In this document: positions 52,113 to 59,314 of the stretch, piece by piece | Layout of the letters: every line of letters begins with the position of its first letter | Position numbering within the stretch: the stretch's first letter is position 1 | Virus record (IMG/VR): IMGVR_UViG_3300043427_002600 | Coordinates: 1 to 60,769 of that record | From: a virus | Taxonomy: Duplodnaviria > Caudoviricetes | Reading direction: 5' to 3' (one strand) | DNA: 60,769 nucleotides | Notes under the pieces: generated by a model | The model's database searches: none | What the model was told of the DNA's origin: nothing | What the model saw: only the letters and a program-made list of their open reading frames with translations | Position numbers and translations under genes: made by a program

Positions 52113-52514
52113 TTATCTCGTTGCCTCTAGTATGAAAGAAAAATTTTGTGTGGGTAATTCTTGTCCAATGATATCAAAACTTACAGTCACTTCAAATTCA
52201 TTTGTATCTGGACTTGGATCAACTTCTACTTGAACATCAGAAACTCTTGGTTCATAGTTCGTAATGACGTTTAAAATTTGATCTTTTATGATCGATGCAG
52301 TACCATAATCAACAAATTCAAATAAACTTGAACGAACATCCGATCCTAATAGAGGATTAAAAAATCTTTCAGTAGGAATTGTTTCTACTAAATTACGAAT
52401 CGAACGTATGATTGCGCCCTGATTTTTTAAAATTGGTAGATCTTTAGTAATCGGATGTGGTTCAAAGGATAGACTAATATCTTTAAAAGATCTAGATATC
52501 CTAGTTATTGCCAT
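52113..52514 (-). CDS. g25: Baseplate wedge protein gp25
   Basis: FKDISLSF, ERFFNPLLGS, NYEPRV. Confidence 0.92.
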   Translation of the reverse strand: MAITRISRSFKDISLSFEPHPITKDLPILKNQGAIIRSIRNLVETIPTERFFNPLLGSDVRSSLFEFVDYGTASIIKDQILNVITNYEPRVSDVQVEVDPSPDTNEFEVTVSFDIIGQELPTQNFSFILEATR

Positions 52515-52536
52515 TGGATAAGAGTTTTTCTTGATT

Positions 52537-52544
52537 TATTTATA
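52537..52544 (-). promoter_or_regulatory. Late promoter TATAAATA
   Basis: Exact consensus upstream of g25. Confidence 0.8.
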
Positions 52545-52545
52545 T

Positions 52546-52788
52546 CTACTTCCAGGAAGAACCATAGTTTGGTTCAGTTCCATAATCCCAATCATCATAG
52601 TCTTCATCATTACGAATTCTTTCGTGTAACTCAACTTGCTTTTTAAAATCGTGTTTTGGGGCAGTATCATGCATAATTTCTTGAATTACGCGCTTTTGTG
52701 GTAATGAATTGTGATCCGTGACTAATTTTTTAGTTCCCCACATCGAATACATGTAGTTTTTGTCTCTATCGACTGGTAAATTAGACAT
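52546..52788 (-). CDS. Hypothetical protein
   Basis: 80 aa with AGGAG RBS. Confidence 0.7.
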   Translation of the reverse strand: MSNLPVDRDKNYMYSMWGTKKLVTDHNSLPQKRVIQEIMHDTAPKHDFKKQVELHERIRNDEDYDDWDYGTEPNYGSSWK

Positions 52789-52855
52789 TTTAGCTCCTGT
52801 TTTACTGAATAAAACAGAACTTTTATAAAGGAGGTTGCTATCTCCTTATTTCTAT

Positions 52856-53197
52856 TTAACGATATATCTCTTTTAGAGAATAATTATCGGAATTTAAGTA
52901 TTTTAAGAGTTCAATTGCAATTAATTTGGGATTTCCTTCTCCACATGTATAGACATCAATCGCAATACACCCATTTTCGGGCCAAGTGTGACAAGAAACG
53001 TGACTTTCCGCCAGGGCAATGACAATCGTACAACCTTGAGGGTAAAAACAATGCGAAAAAACGTTTAAAATCGTCATTTTTGCACGATTTATGCCTCTAA
53101 TCATAGCATCTTGAAGTAATTTAACATCATTAATTGCTTCAAAATCAATATCATACACCTCAAGAAGCAGGTGCTTGCCCATTGAAAATTGTTTCAA
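52856..53197 (-). CDS. speD: S-adenosylmethionine decarboxylase proenzyme
   Basis: GKHLL, LAESHVSCHTWPE (ES self-cleavage site), DVYTCG; start likely TTG 53197 or ATG 53182 rather than 53263; AATAAATA at 53218-53225. Confidence 0.9.
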   Translation of the reverse strand: MKQFSMGKHLLLEVYDIDFEAINDVKLLQDAMIRGINRAKMTILNVFSHCFYPQGCTIVIALAESHVSCHTWPENGCIAIDVYTCGEGNPKLIAIELLKYLNSDNYSLKEIYR

Positions 53198-53241
53198 CTC
53201 ATCTTTTAGTAAAAATTTATTTATTTCTATTTTAAGGCAAG

Positions 53242-53274
53242 AAAAAACACCTACTCTATACAAGAGATAGGTGT
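53242..53274 (-). terminator. Rho-independent terminator
   Basis: ACACCTATCTC..GAGTAGGTGT followed by TTTTT. Confidence 0.6.
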
Positions 53275-53289
53275 ATGATGGGAATCAAT

Positions 53290-53439
53290 TTACTTTCCTT
53301 GCCCTCTATATTTCTTACGTGCTTTATTACGAGACGAAGAAGCATATTTAGTACCTCCACCATCTCCCTGACGAGATTTCTTAGGAGGTCCAGGAATATA
53401 AGAACTACCTTTAGTCAGACCAACTTTTGCTTTTGCCAT
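53290..53439 (-). CDS. Small basic protein (49 aa)
   Basis: Manual translation MAKAKVGLTKGSSYIPGPPKKSRQGDGGGTKYASSSRNKARKKYRGQGK; GAGG RBS. Confidence 0.7.
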   Translation of the reverse strand: MAKAKVGLTKGSSYIPGPPKKSRQGDGGGTKYASSSRNKARKKYRGQGK

Positions 53440-53606
53440 ACTGTATCCTCTAATAAAATTTCAGTTTCAAGATCTTCAGGATTTGGAGAACCTGTCTGAT
53501 AAAATTCAATTGACAAATCCTCCATTATATTGAAATATTCTTTTTCTGTAAGATGATTATAAATTTTCCTTCCCTTACAGAGAATATTATAGCGTTCGTT
53601 AGACAT
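53415..53606 (-). CDS. Hypothetical protein
   Basis: 63 aa in operon with the glycosyltransferase. Confidence 0.65.
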   Translation of the reverse strand: MSNERYNILCKGRKIYNHLTEKEYFNIMEDLSIEFYQTGSPNPEDLETEILLEDTVWQKQKLV

Positions 53607-53611
53607 TCAAA

Positions 53612-54364
53612 TTAAATTACTCTTGATTTTTCGTGACCAACTCTAATACGTGGATCGCACCAAATTTCAAAGCCTGCTTCCTTTGCATCTAAACAGAAAG
53701 ATACGTCTTCTCCACACATATCTTGAACATTTCCAGATTCAAAAACTTGCATTTTAGGAGCAAACCAAGGATATTTCATTTCTGAATGTTCAAAAACACC
53801 ATGCTTAATAAGAACCCAACCAAATCCAGTATAATCAACTGTAAATGGTTTGCGACGCTTCGAAATACTTTCAACGGTTTCGTGATTCATTACACCACCA
53901 TTGCTTCTGAAATCATCTTCTTCCAACCAATGTGCAACTGATGTAGTATGCCCATCTTCTGTAGCATACCAACCAGCAGCAATATCCTTATCCATTAATA
54001 CCAATTGGAAAAATTTTTCAGTATTAAAAACAATGTCAGAATCAATCCAAAGTTGCCAATCATATTTCAGTTTTCCATCCCAAGGAATTTGGTCAGGTCC
54101 TCTGAGAACATTTGCTCCCAAACACTTACATCTTGCAAAATTAACCATTGAGGAATAATCTTGTGAGATTTGAATGCTTGCTCCAGATTGAACTAAGTCA
54201 AAACAAAGTTGAACAAAACTTTTTAAAAACTGATATGAGACTCCTCTTCCAGGAAGACAAAAAACAATTGACTTGCCCTTTATCAGTTCCTTGGCAAGAT
54301 CATAGTCCCATTCTTGTTGTATTTGTGTAGGCGCTTTTGCCTTTACTGTAAATCCTTTAGACAT
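53612..54364 (-). CDS. GT-A fold glycosyltransferase-like protein
   Basis: WIDSDIVF (DxD), TGFGWVLI, GEDVSFC, VGHEK. Confidence 0.8.
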   Translation of the reverse strand: MSKGFTVKAKAPTQIQQEWDYDLAKELIKGKSIVFCLPGRGVSYQFLKSFVQLCFDLVQSGASIQISQDYSSMVNFARCKCLGANVLRGPDQIPWDGKLKYDWQLWIDSDIVFNTEKFFQLVLMDKDIAAGWYATEDGHTTSVAHWLEEDDFRSNGGVMNHETVESISKRRKPFTVDYTGFGWVLIKHGVFEHSEMKYPWFAPKMQVFESGNVQDMCGEDVSFCLDAKEAGFEIWCDPRIRVGHEKSRVI

Positions 54365-54386
54365 AAGATAACTTGTTTACTTCAGT

Positions 54387-54415
54387 ATCATACTCTATTA
54401 TGTAGTGCTTGTCAA
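54387..54415 (-). promoter_or_regulatory. Sigma70 promoter
   Basis: TTGACA-N17-TATGAT upstream of the glycosyltransferase. Confidence 0.8.
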
Positions 54416-54586
54416 TTACTTTCTTTCTGAAAGAATAACTTCATTACCTTCTATTGAAAGGTTAATTTGCGTATCCTCGTACCATTCCAATTCATTCATA
54501 ATTTGCTCTGAGATTTTAATGTAGTAGTCTCCGCTAATTGGATCAACTTCTATGGATTCGAAAATATCTCCGGAATTTTTTTTCAT
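54416..54586 (-). CDS. AbrB/MazE/SpoVT-like small DNA-binding protein (56 aa)
   Basis: Manual translation MKKNSGDIFESIEVDPISGDYYIKISEQIMNELEWYEDTQINLSIEGNEVILSERK; swapped-hairpin pattern. Confidence 0.65.
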   Translation of the reverse strand: MKKNSGDIFESIEVDPISGDYYIKISEQIMNELEWYEDTQINLSIEGNEVILSERK

Positions 54587-54752
54587 TTCGGGTATTTTAT
54601 TTTTTACTTTTTCGATATTATATATGGGGAAAAATTTTTTAATTAAGTCTTATAAAACACTAGCGAAAGCAAGACTTTGTAGCCTAAGGGGTCCCATGGG
54701 TTTAATATACGCGCCCGCGCCGACGACCCCCCACCCCCCGCCAACTGCCGAT

Positions 54753-54796
54753 CACGAACGAACGCACTGCCCCCCACGAACGAACGCAGGGGGCAG
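54753..54796. repeat. 14-bp direct repeat plus GC hairpin
   Basis: CACGAACGAACGCA at 54753 and 54775; CTGCCCCC/GGGGGCAG stem encloses the second copy. Confidence 0.75.
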
Positions 54797-54803
54797 GAGG
54801 TGC

Positions 54804-55013
54804 TCACCCCTGGGAACTGCGCCACCCGCTGATGGGGCAGCGACCCACCTCATCGGCATGGACCTCAGCGTACTGGGCGGCGATGACCGTAGCGGGCAGA
54901 CCCCAGTGGATGTATGCCGAAGGGCGGGAACCGTTCTTCAGTTGATCGGCACGGGAGATCCAACGAATCTCACGGGTCACGAGGTCGGAGCACTGGGCGA
55001 GTGGGAAACGCAT
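54804..55013 (-). CDS. Early cassette protein (69 aa)
   Basis: MRFPLAQCSDL...; ATG 12 nt after the leader repeat. Confidence 0.6.
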   Translation of the reverse strand: MRFPLAQCSDLVTREIRWISRADQLKNGSRPSAYIHWGLPATVIAAQYAEVHADEVGRCPISGWRSSQG

Positions 55014-55082
55014 TGGAGGGGTTCGGAACTGAGAGAATTGTAGCACGAATCGGGCGGGGGTCAGTACCCCACCCCCCACGAA

Positions 55083-55271
55083 TCAGTACCCCAACCAGAC
55101 CAGGAACTCACCAGCATCAACGGGACCGAAGCGGGCGGTTGTGCCGTAGTCGGTGCGGAAGTCATCCCAGAGACCGTGTTCCTTTGCTGCCTGGCAGGCG
55201 GCAGACCAGCGGATGCACCCGTTCTCATCGGCGCAGTTCCAGACGATGGCGGGGAAGGTGGAGCAGTGCAT
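55083..55271 (-). CDS. Early cassette protein (62 aa)
   Basis: MHCSTFPAIVWNC...GEFLVWLGY; follows the repeat. Confidence 0.65.
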   Translation of the reverse strand: MHCSTFPAIVWNCADENGCIRWSAACQAAKEHGLWDDFRTDYGTTARFGPVDAGEFLVWLGY

Positions 55272-55321
55272 CGGTTCGGGGTGTGAACTGAGAGAATTGT
55301 ACAGGGTCAGAGGGGGAGAGG

Positions 55322-55534
55322 TCAACCCCCGCCGAAGACGTGGGCGACCAGACCAGCGGGATGGTTGACGCCTTCGATCACCGTGAATTCGGCGTACTTA
55401 TCGAAGTCGTCGGCGTGGTATGCTCCGAACTGCTCAATCCAGATGGCGCGGGCAGCGTCCTTCGATTCGGCAGCGATGACCGCCATACCAGCGGTGTAGT
55501 CGGAGAGCACTTCGTTCAGGATGTAGAGGTTCAT
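55322..55534 (-). CDS. Early cassette protein (70 aa)
   Basis: MNLYILNEVLSDYTAGMAVIAAES...; follows the repeat. Confidence 0.7.
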   Translation of the reverse strand: MNLYILNEVLSDYTAGMAVIAAESKDAARAIWIEQFGAYHADDFDKYAEFTVIEGVNHPAGLVAHVFGGG

Positions 55535-55573
55535 CGGTGGGGGTGTCGGTTGAACTGAGTGTATTGTAGCAGG

Positions 55574-55780
55574 TCAGGCGGCGTAGCAGTGGAGATTGAC
55601 CCACCGCCCCAGGGACAGATTCGAATCCAGGAGCAGCAGCAGAATCTCCAGGCGGGATGCCTTCAAGCGGTAGAGGCGGGCAGGAGTCTTATGAAAGCGG
55701 ACGCGAACGCTACCCGTGATGGGGTTGGCGATCAGGGTGTCGATGGCGTTGCTGTCGCTGGTATTGATGGGGTAGCGCAT
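55574..55780 (-). CDS. Early cassette protein (68 aa)
   Basis: MRYPINTSDSNAI...SLGRWVN; follows the repeat. Confidence 0.65.
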   Translation of the reverse strand: MRYPINTSDSNAIDTLIANPITGSVRVRFHKTPARLYRLKASRLEILLLLLDSNLSLGRWVNLHCYAA

Positions 55781-55824
55781 CGGGTGGGTTGCGGTTGAGA
55801 GTATTGTAGCAGGTCGGGGGCGGG

Positions 55825-55986
55825 TCAGCGCCCCTCAGTGTAGTCTCCGATGATGACCCCGTTGCAGCGGACCTGGGCGTACCCGTACTCTTCAGACAGA
55901 GACAGGCAGAGGTCCCAAGCGCGATCCTGATCGGTGGTGGTGTTCTCCCAGGGAGCGGAGGGGCAGATCACGTCGTAGCGGGTCAT
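55825..55986 (-). CDS. Early cassette protein (53 aa)
   Basis: Manual: MTRYDVICPSAPWENTTTDQDRAWDLCLSLSEEYGYAQVRCNGVIIGDYTEGR. Confidence 0.65.
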   Translation of the reverse strand: MTRYDVICPSAPWENTTTDQDRAWDLCLSLSEEYGYAQVRCNGVIIGDYTEGR

Positions 55987-56062
55987 TTGGTTTCCTTTGA
56001 ACTGAGATCAGTATAGGGCATCAGGGGCGCCGCGGCCAACGGGGTGGGCGGTTCCCTGACCG

Positions 56063-56578
56063 TCACACCAGGCGGCGACCGTGGCGGCGGATCTCACCAG
56101 CGGAGAGAGTCACACCGATGCGGGGGTCCTTTGCCTTGCCGTTGCGCTTGGCGGCGTACTGGCGTTGCGCCTTCGGCAGGATCAGGGAGAGCACCGTGTC
56201 GGCGTCCAGGACCCACACCTCAGCGACCCGTGCGCCTTCATAGCGGGCGTAGTAGTGGCGGGCATAGGCGCCGATCTTATGGTCGATCAGGTATGCTTCC
56301 TGATCCTCCCAGGTCGGTTGAACGCTGATCCCATTGTAGGTTGCGCTGATAGCGCCGCCGATTGTGGATTTGTACTCTACAGGGGTCCCGTCTGCTTCGT
56401 AGGCGTCTGCGCCGCTGTAGGAGTCTGCGACGGTGTGCCCCAGCAAGCAGGCAAGGTGGATCTCCCTGCTGCGGGCATAGGACATCGGATCACCAGCGTT
56501 CAGGGCGTCTGCTGCTTCATACAGGGCGGCGAAGGCGTCCAGGTACTGCTGCTGGGCGGTGGTGAGGGTGGCGGTCAT
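56063..56578 (-). CDS. PD-(D/E)xK nuclease-like protein
   Basis: 171 aa; RSRE...GADAYEADGTPVEYKST motif. Confidence 0.55.
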   Translation of the reverse strand: MTATLTTAQQQYLDAFAALYEAADALNAGDPMSYARSREIHLACLLGHTVADSYSGADAYEADGTPVEYKSTIGGAISATYNGISVQPTWEDQEAYLIDHKIGAYARHYYARYEGARVAEVWVLDADTVLSLILPKAQRQYAAKRNGKAKDPRIGVTLSAGEIRRHGRRLV

Positions 56579-56611
56579 CGGTGGGGGTTGAACTGGGTTA
56601 ATTGTAGCAGG

Positions 56612-56821
56612 TCAGGCGGCGCAGAGTCCATAGGATGCTGCCAGGTCGTAGAGGGCATCCAGGATGGCGACCTGATCATCATCCAACCATTCAGTGCCAC
56701 ACTGAGCGCAAACCCAATCCCAAACCAGATCGTAGTTGTAGTCTGTGCCCATCTCAAGCATAAAGGCGGGCAGTCCTTGCATTGCGCTGCGGAACTGGTC
56801 GTCGGTGGGGATGGTGATCAT
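56612..56821 (-). CDS. Early cassette protein (69 aa, acidic)
   Basis: MITIPTDDQFRSAMQGLPAF...; follows the repeat. Confidence 0.65.
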   Translation of the reverse strand: MITIPTDDQFRSAMQGLPAFMLEMGTDYNYDLVWDWVCAQCGTEWLDDDQVAILDALYDLAASYGLCAA

Positions 56822-56861
56822 CGGATCGGGTCGGTTGAGAGTATTGTAGCAGGTCGGGGGA

Positions 56862-57041
56862 TCACTCCATCCCCATCGCTTCCTTCAGGGCATTGTAGGC
56901 GCTCAACCAATGGTCGGCGTCGGCATGGTTGCCTTTAGTGCTCTCATCGCAGGCGATGCAGAGCAGGGCAGTGCGGATGGTGCCCCACTTGCCCTCGGGC
57001 AGGGTGACGGTGGTGAGGGTGTTGGGGTTCCAGGCGGTCAT
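56862..57041 (-). CDS. Early cassette protein (59 aa)
   Basis: Manual: MTAWNPNTLTTVTLPEGKWGTIRTALLCIACDESTKGNHADADHWLSAYNALKEAMGME. Confidence 0.65.
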   Translation of the reverse strand: MTAWNPNTLTTVTLPEGKWGTIRTALLCIACDESTKGNHADADHWLSAYNALKEAMGME

Positions 57042-57107
57042 CGGGGTCGTTTGAACTGAGATCAGTATAGAGGCAAAAGGGAGGGGGTGTGCCCCTCCGT
57101 TGTGCCA

Positions 57108-57206
57108 CTATTCAGGTTGGTCGGCGGCGATGGATTCCAGGATGCTCAGGATCTCATCGCCGTTGGTTCCTTGGCGGAGCAGGGAGAGGGCAAGGGACAG
57201 GGACAT
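57108..57206 (-). CDS. Early cassette micropeptide (32 aa)
   Basis: Manual: MSLSLALSLLRQGTNGDEILSILESIAADQPE. Confidence 0.55.
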   Translation of the reverse strand: MSLSLALSLLRQGTNGDEILSILESIAADQPE

Positions 57207-57269
57207 TAGGATTCGGGGGATAGAGTGTGCTGGGAGTCTTTAGGGCGCTCCCGTTCCCATTGTAGCAGG

Positions 57270-57431
57270 TCAGGCGATCCAACCCTGCTGGCGGCGCTTC
57301 TCAGCGTGGCAGGCGATGCGGAACTCCTTAGGGGTCAGGGATGCTTGTCCAGGGCGGGGACCGCGACTGGGGAGGCGGGTGATCTTGAATTCACCGGCGG
57401 CGATGGCGGCGTTCAGTTCAGCAGAGGTCAT
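57270..57431 (-). CDS. Early cassette protein (53 aa, basic)
   Basis: Manual: MTSAELNAAIAAGEFKITRLPSRGPRPGQASLTPKEFRIACHAEKRRQQGWIA. Confidence 0.6.
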   Translation of the reverse strand: MTSAELNAAIAAGEFKITRLPSRGPRPGQASLTPKEFRIACHAEKRRQQGWIA

Positions 57432-57464
57432 CAGGTCCGTTGCGGTTGATCGTATTGTAGCAGG

Positions 57465-57605
57465 TCAGGGTGCCAGGTGAGCAGGCGATCCGCAGGAGCG
57501 GTAGAAGGCGACCATAGACTCTGCCTCTGCCAGAGTGCGGAAGAACTGGGAGCGCCACTCACAGGCGTTGTAGGGGGTCTGATAGCGGACTTCGTAGCGG
57601 GTCAT
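57465..57605 (-). CDS. Early cassette protein (46 aa)
   Basis: Manual: MTRYEVRYQTPYNACEWRSQFFRTLAEAESMVAFYRSCGSPAHLAP. Confidence 0.65.
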   Translation of the reverse strand: MTRYEVRYQTPYNACEWRSQFFRTLAEAESMVAFYRSCGSPAHLAP

Positions 57606-57675
57606 CGGATCAGGTCGGTTGAACTGGGTTAATTGTAGCAGGTGGAGGGGGTCGGGTGACCCCCTGGAGAATCGC

Positions 57676-57840
57676 TCAGGCAGGGATCAGGATGTCGTTC
57701 TCCCAGCGGGCATTCTCCAGGATCTCATCGTATGCCACCTGCAGGGCGCGTTGGGCGTCTGCCTTCAGGATGGCGTTGCGGCACTGGGCGGCGATCTCCT
57801 CAATGTTCAGGGCGCGGTCGGTGGAGGGGTTGTAACGCAT
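57676..57840 (-). CDS. Early cassette protein (54 aa)
   Basis: Manual: MRYNPSTDRALNIEEIAAQCRNAILKADAQRALQVAYDEILENARWENDILIPA. Confidence 0.65.
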   Translation of the reverse strand: MRYNPSTDRALNIEEIAAQCRNAILKADAQRALQVAYDEILENARWENDILIPA

Positions 57841-57917
57841 TTGAAGTTCGGGGTTGTTTGAACTGAGAGTATTGTAGGGCAGTTTAGGGTCGTGCCCAGG
57901 ACCGTTGTGCCAGTGCC

Positions 57918-58103
57918 TCAGGCGGCACAGAGGGCGGATTCCAGGCAGACCTCCCGCACTTCGATCAGGGCATAATCGTATCCCTCATCCTCCGTCAGGT
58001 GCTGGTGGTAGGCGTCAGCAGCAGACTTGCAATCGAACAGGCGCAGGGAGTGGAAGGACTCGCCTTCATAATCCCAACCACCGATCACAGCGTAGACTTT
58101 CAT
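57918..58103 (-). CDS. Early cassette protein (61 aa)
   Basis: MKVYAVIGGWDYEGE...; follows the repeat. Confidence 0.7.
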   Translation of the reverse strand: MKVYAVIGGWDYEGESFHSLRLFDCKSAADAYHQHLTEDEGYDYALIEVREVCLESALCAA

Positions 58104-58181
58104 CGCGGGTCGTTTGAACTGAGAACAGTATAGGGGGTCAGAGAGGGGGCAGGATGCCCCCGTGTGCCAGTTGTTCGGGCG

Positions 58182-58268
58182 TCACATCCAACCGCATTTG
58201 GGGCAGGCGGGGTGTCCCTTGCAGGGGCAGGATGCGGCAACGGTCAGGGGGTCGTTGGAGCGGATCAT
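58182..58268 (-). CDS. Cys-rich micropeptide (28 aa)
   Basis: Manual: MIRSNDPLTVAASCPCKGHPACPKCGWM. Confidence 0.5.
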   Translation of the reverse strand: MIRSNDPLTVAASCPCKGHPACPKCGWM

Positions 58269-58349
58269 CGGGGTTCCTTTGAACTGAGAGAATTGTAGCA
58301 GGGAGGTCTTACCGATGCAACGCTAACGTGCCTCCCGTGTGCCAGTGCC

Positions 58350-58541
58350 TCAATCGGCGTAGAGGGATTGGAAGTCCTCCACAAACTCCCGTGCCTCATC
58401 GCCCGTCATGCGGGAGAGCATCTCACGGGCAACGGTCTCCCAGGAGAACTGATCGGCAAGGTCACAGATGGCGGCACGTGCCTGAGAGGCGCTCAGGTGG
58501 GCGGCGGTGATCTCAGCGTAGGTCATTTCCAGGCGGGACAT
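58350..58541 (-). CDS. Early cassette protein (63 aa)
   Basis: MSRLEMTYAEITAAHLSASQAR...; start placed just after the repeat at 58554. Confidence 0.65.
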   Translation of the reverse strand: MSRLEMTYAEITAAHLSASQARAAICDLADQFSWETVAREMLSRMTGDEAREFVEDFQSLYAD

Positions 58542-58593
58542 GGTGGGTTGGTTGAACTGAGTTAATTGTAGCATGGATCGGGGGGTGGCGCCC

Positions 58594-58833
58594 CTAGAAC
58601 GCCACCAGTTGGTCCACTTCCCATTGCGGCACAGTCTGGACGGTGCCGCCGCAGTTCTTCCGCAACCAGGCGTTGATGTGCTTGCTGGTGGTCGTGGAGT
58701 AGAACTGCTCGGTCCGCATCCAACCCCGACCAGGCACCAGGGCGGCAACGGGGGTGCTGTAGGAGTAGAGCACCTCAGTGCCGTCTGCCAGGGTGACCTG
58801 GGTGCTGGTGGTGGTGACTTGCTGGACCTTCAT
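58594..58833 (-). CDS. Early cassette protein (79 aa)
   Basis: LYSYSTPVAA...YSTTTSKHIN, a motif pattern recurrent in small phage proteins. Confidence 0.7.
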   Translation of the reverse strand: MKVQQVTTTSTQVTLADGTEVLYSYSTPVAALVPGRGWMRTEQFYSTTTSKHINAWLRKNCGGTVQTVPQWEVDQLVAF

Positions 58834-58881
58834 GGTGAGTTCCTTTGAACTGAGTTAATTGTAGCAGGTGGCGGATGCCAA

Positions 58882-59028
58882 TCAGCGGCAGTCCTGTGAC
58901 ACTTCACAGATCGTCACAGCAAGGCGGTCGGCATTCGCTTTGGCAACCTGCAGGGAAGCGGTCAGGATGCCGCCTCCGATCCACAGGAGCAGCAGGGTGA
59001 CACCAGCAGGGATGATCAGGCGGGTCAT
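58882..59028 (-). CDS. Small membrane protein (48 aa)
   Basis: Manual: MTRLIIPAGVTLLLLWIGGGILTASLQVAKANADRLAVTICEVSQDCR; N-terminal hydrophobic helix. Confidence 0.6.
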   Translation of the reverse strand: MTRLIIPAGVTLLLLWIGGGILTASLQVAKANADRLAVTICEVSQDCR

Positions 59029-59086
59029 TGGAGTTCCTTTGATCTGGAATCAGCATAGGGCATCAAGGATCCCCCGCAACCAGGTC

Positions 59087-59146
59087 TGTGCCAGTTCAGA
59101 AAGTGGCACAGGACCCCTCCCAGTGCCCCTGCAGTGCCTTTATAAT
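59087..59146. promoter_or_regulatory. Perfect dyad TGTGCCA-N10-TGGCACA serving divergent promoters
   Basis: Dyad at 59087-59110; minus -10 (TATGCT) 30 bp to the left; plus-strand TATAAT at 59141-59146, 31 bp to the right. Confidence 0.65.
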
Positions 59147-59238
59147 AAAGGGACAATCGGCAAAGACGGCAGCAGGGTCGCTGCCTGATCAAAGGTCGTC
59201 ACGGGGGCAGCTTTAAAATAATAAAAAAAGAAAAGTAT

Positions 59239-59266
59239 AAAAAAGGGAGGGCACCACCCCTCCCCG
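59239..59266 (-). terminator. Rho-independent terminator
   Basis: GGGAGGGGTGGTGCCCTCCC followed by a T tract, after the 59315 stop. Confidence 0.7.
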
Positions 59267-59314
59267 ATTATACCCACCAGAAGGCAGTTTAACGACCTGC
59301 CCAGGTCGCAAGTG

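Noticed and set aside
56081-56938. 285-aa plus-strand ORF and other plus-strand ORFs in 54.5-60.7 kb
   Set aside because: Antisense shadows of GC-rich minus-strand genes; they cross promoter modules and lack recognisable motifs
58542-58748. 132-aa version of ORF 58350..58748
   Set aside because: The extension overlaps the 58594..58833 gene and runs through the promoter repeat; start reassigned to 58541
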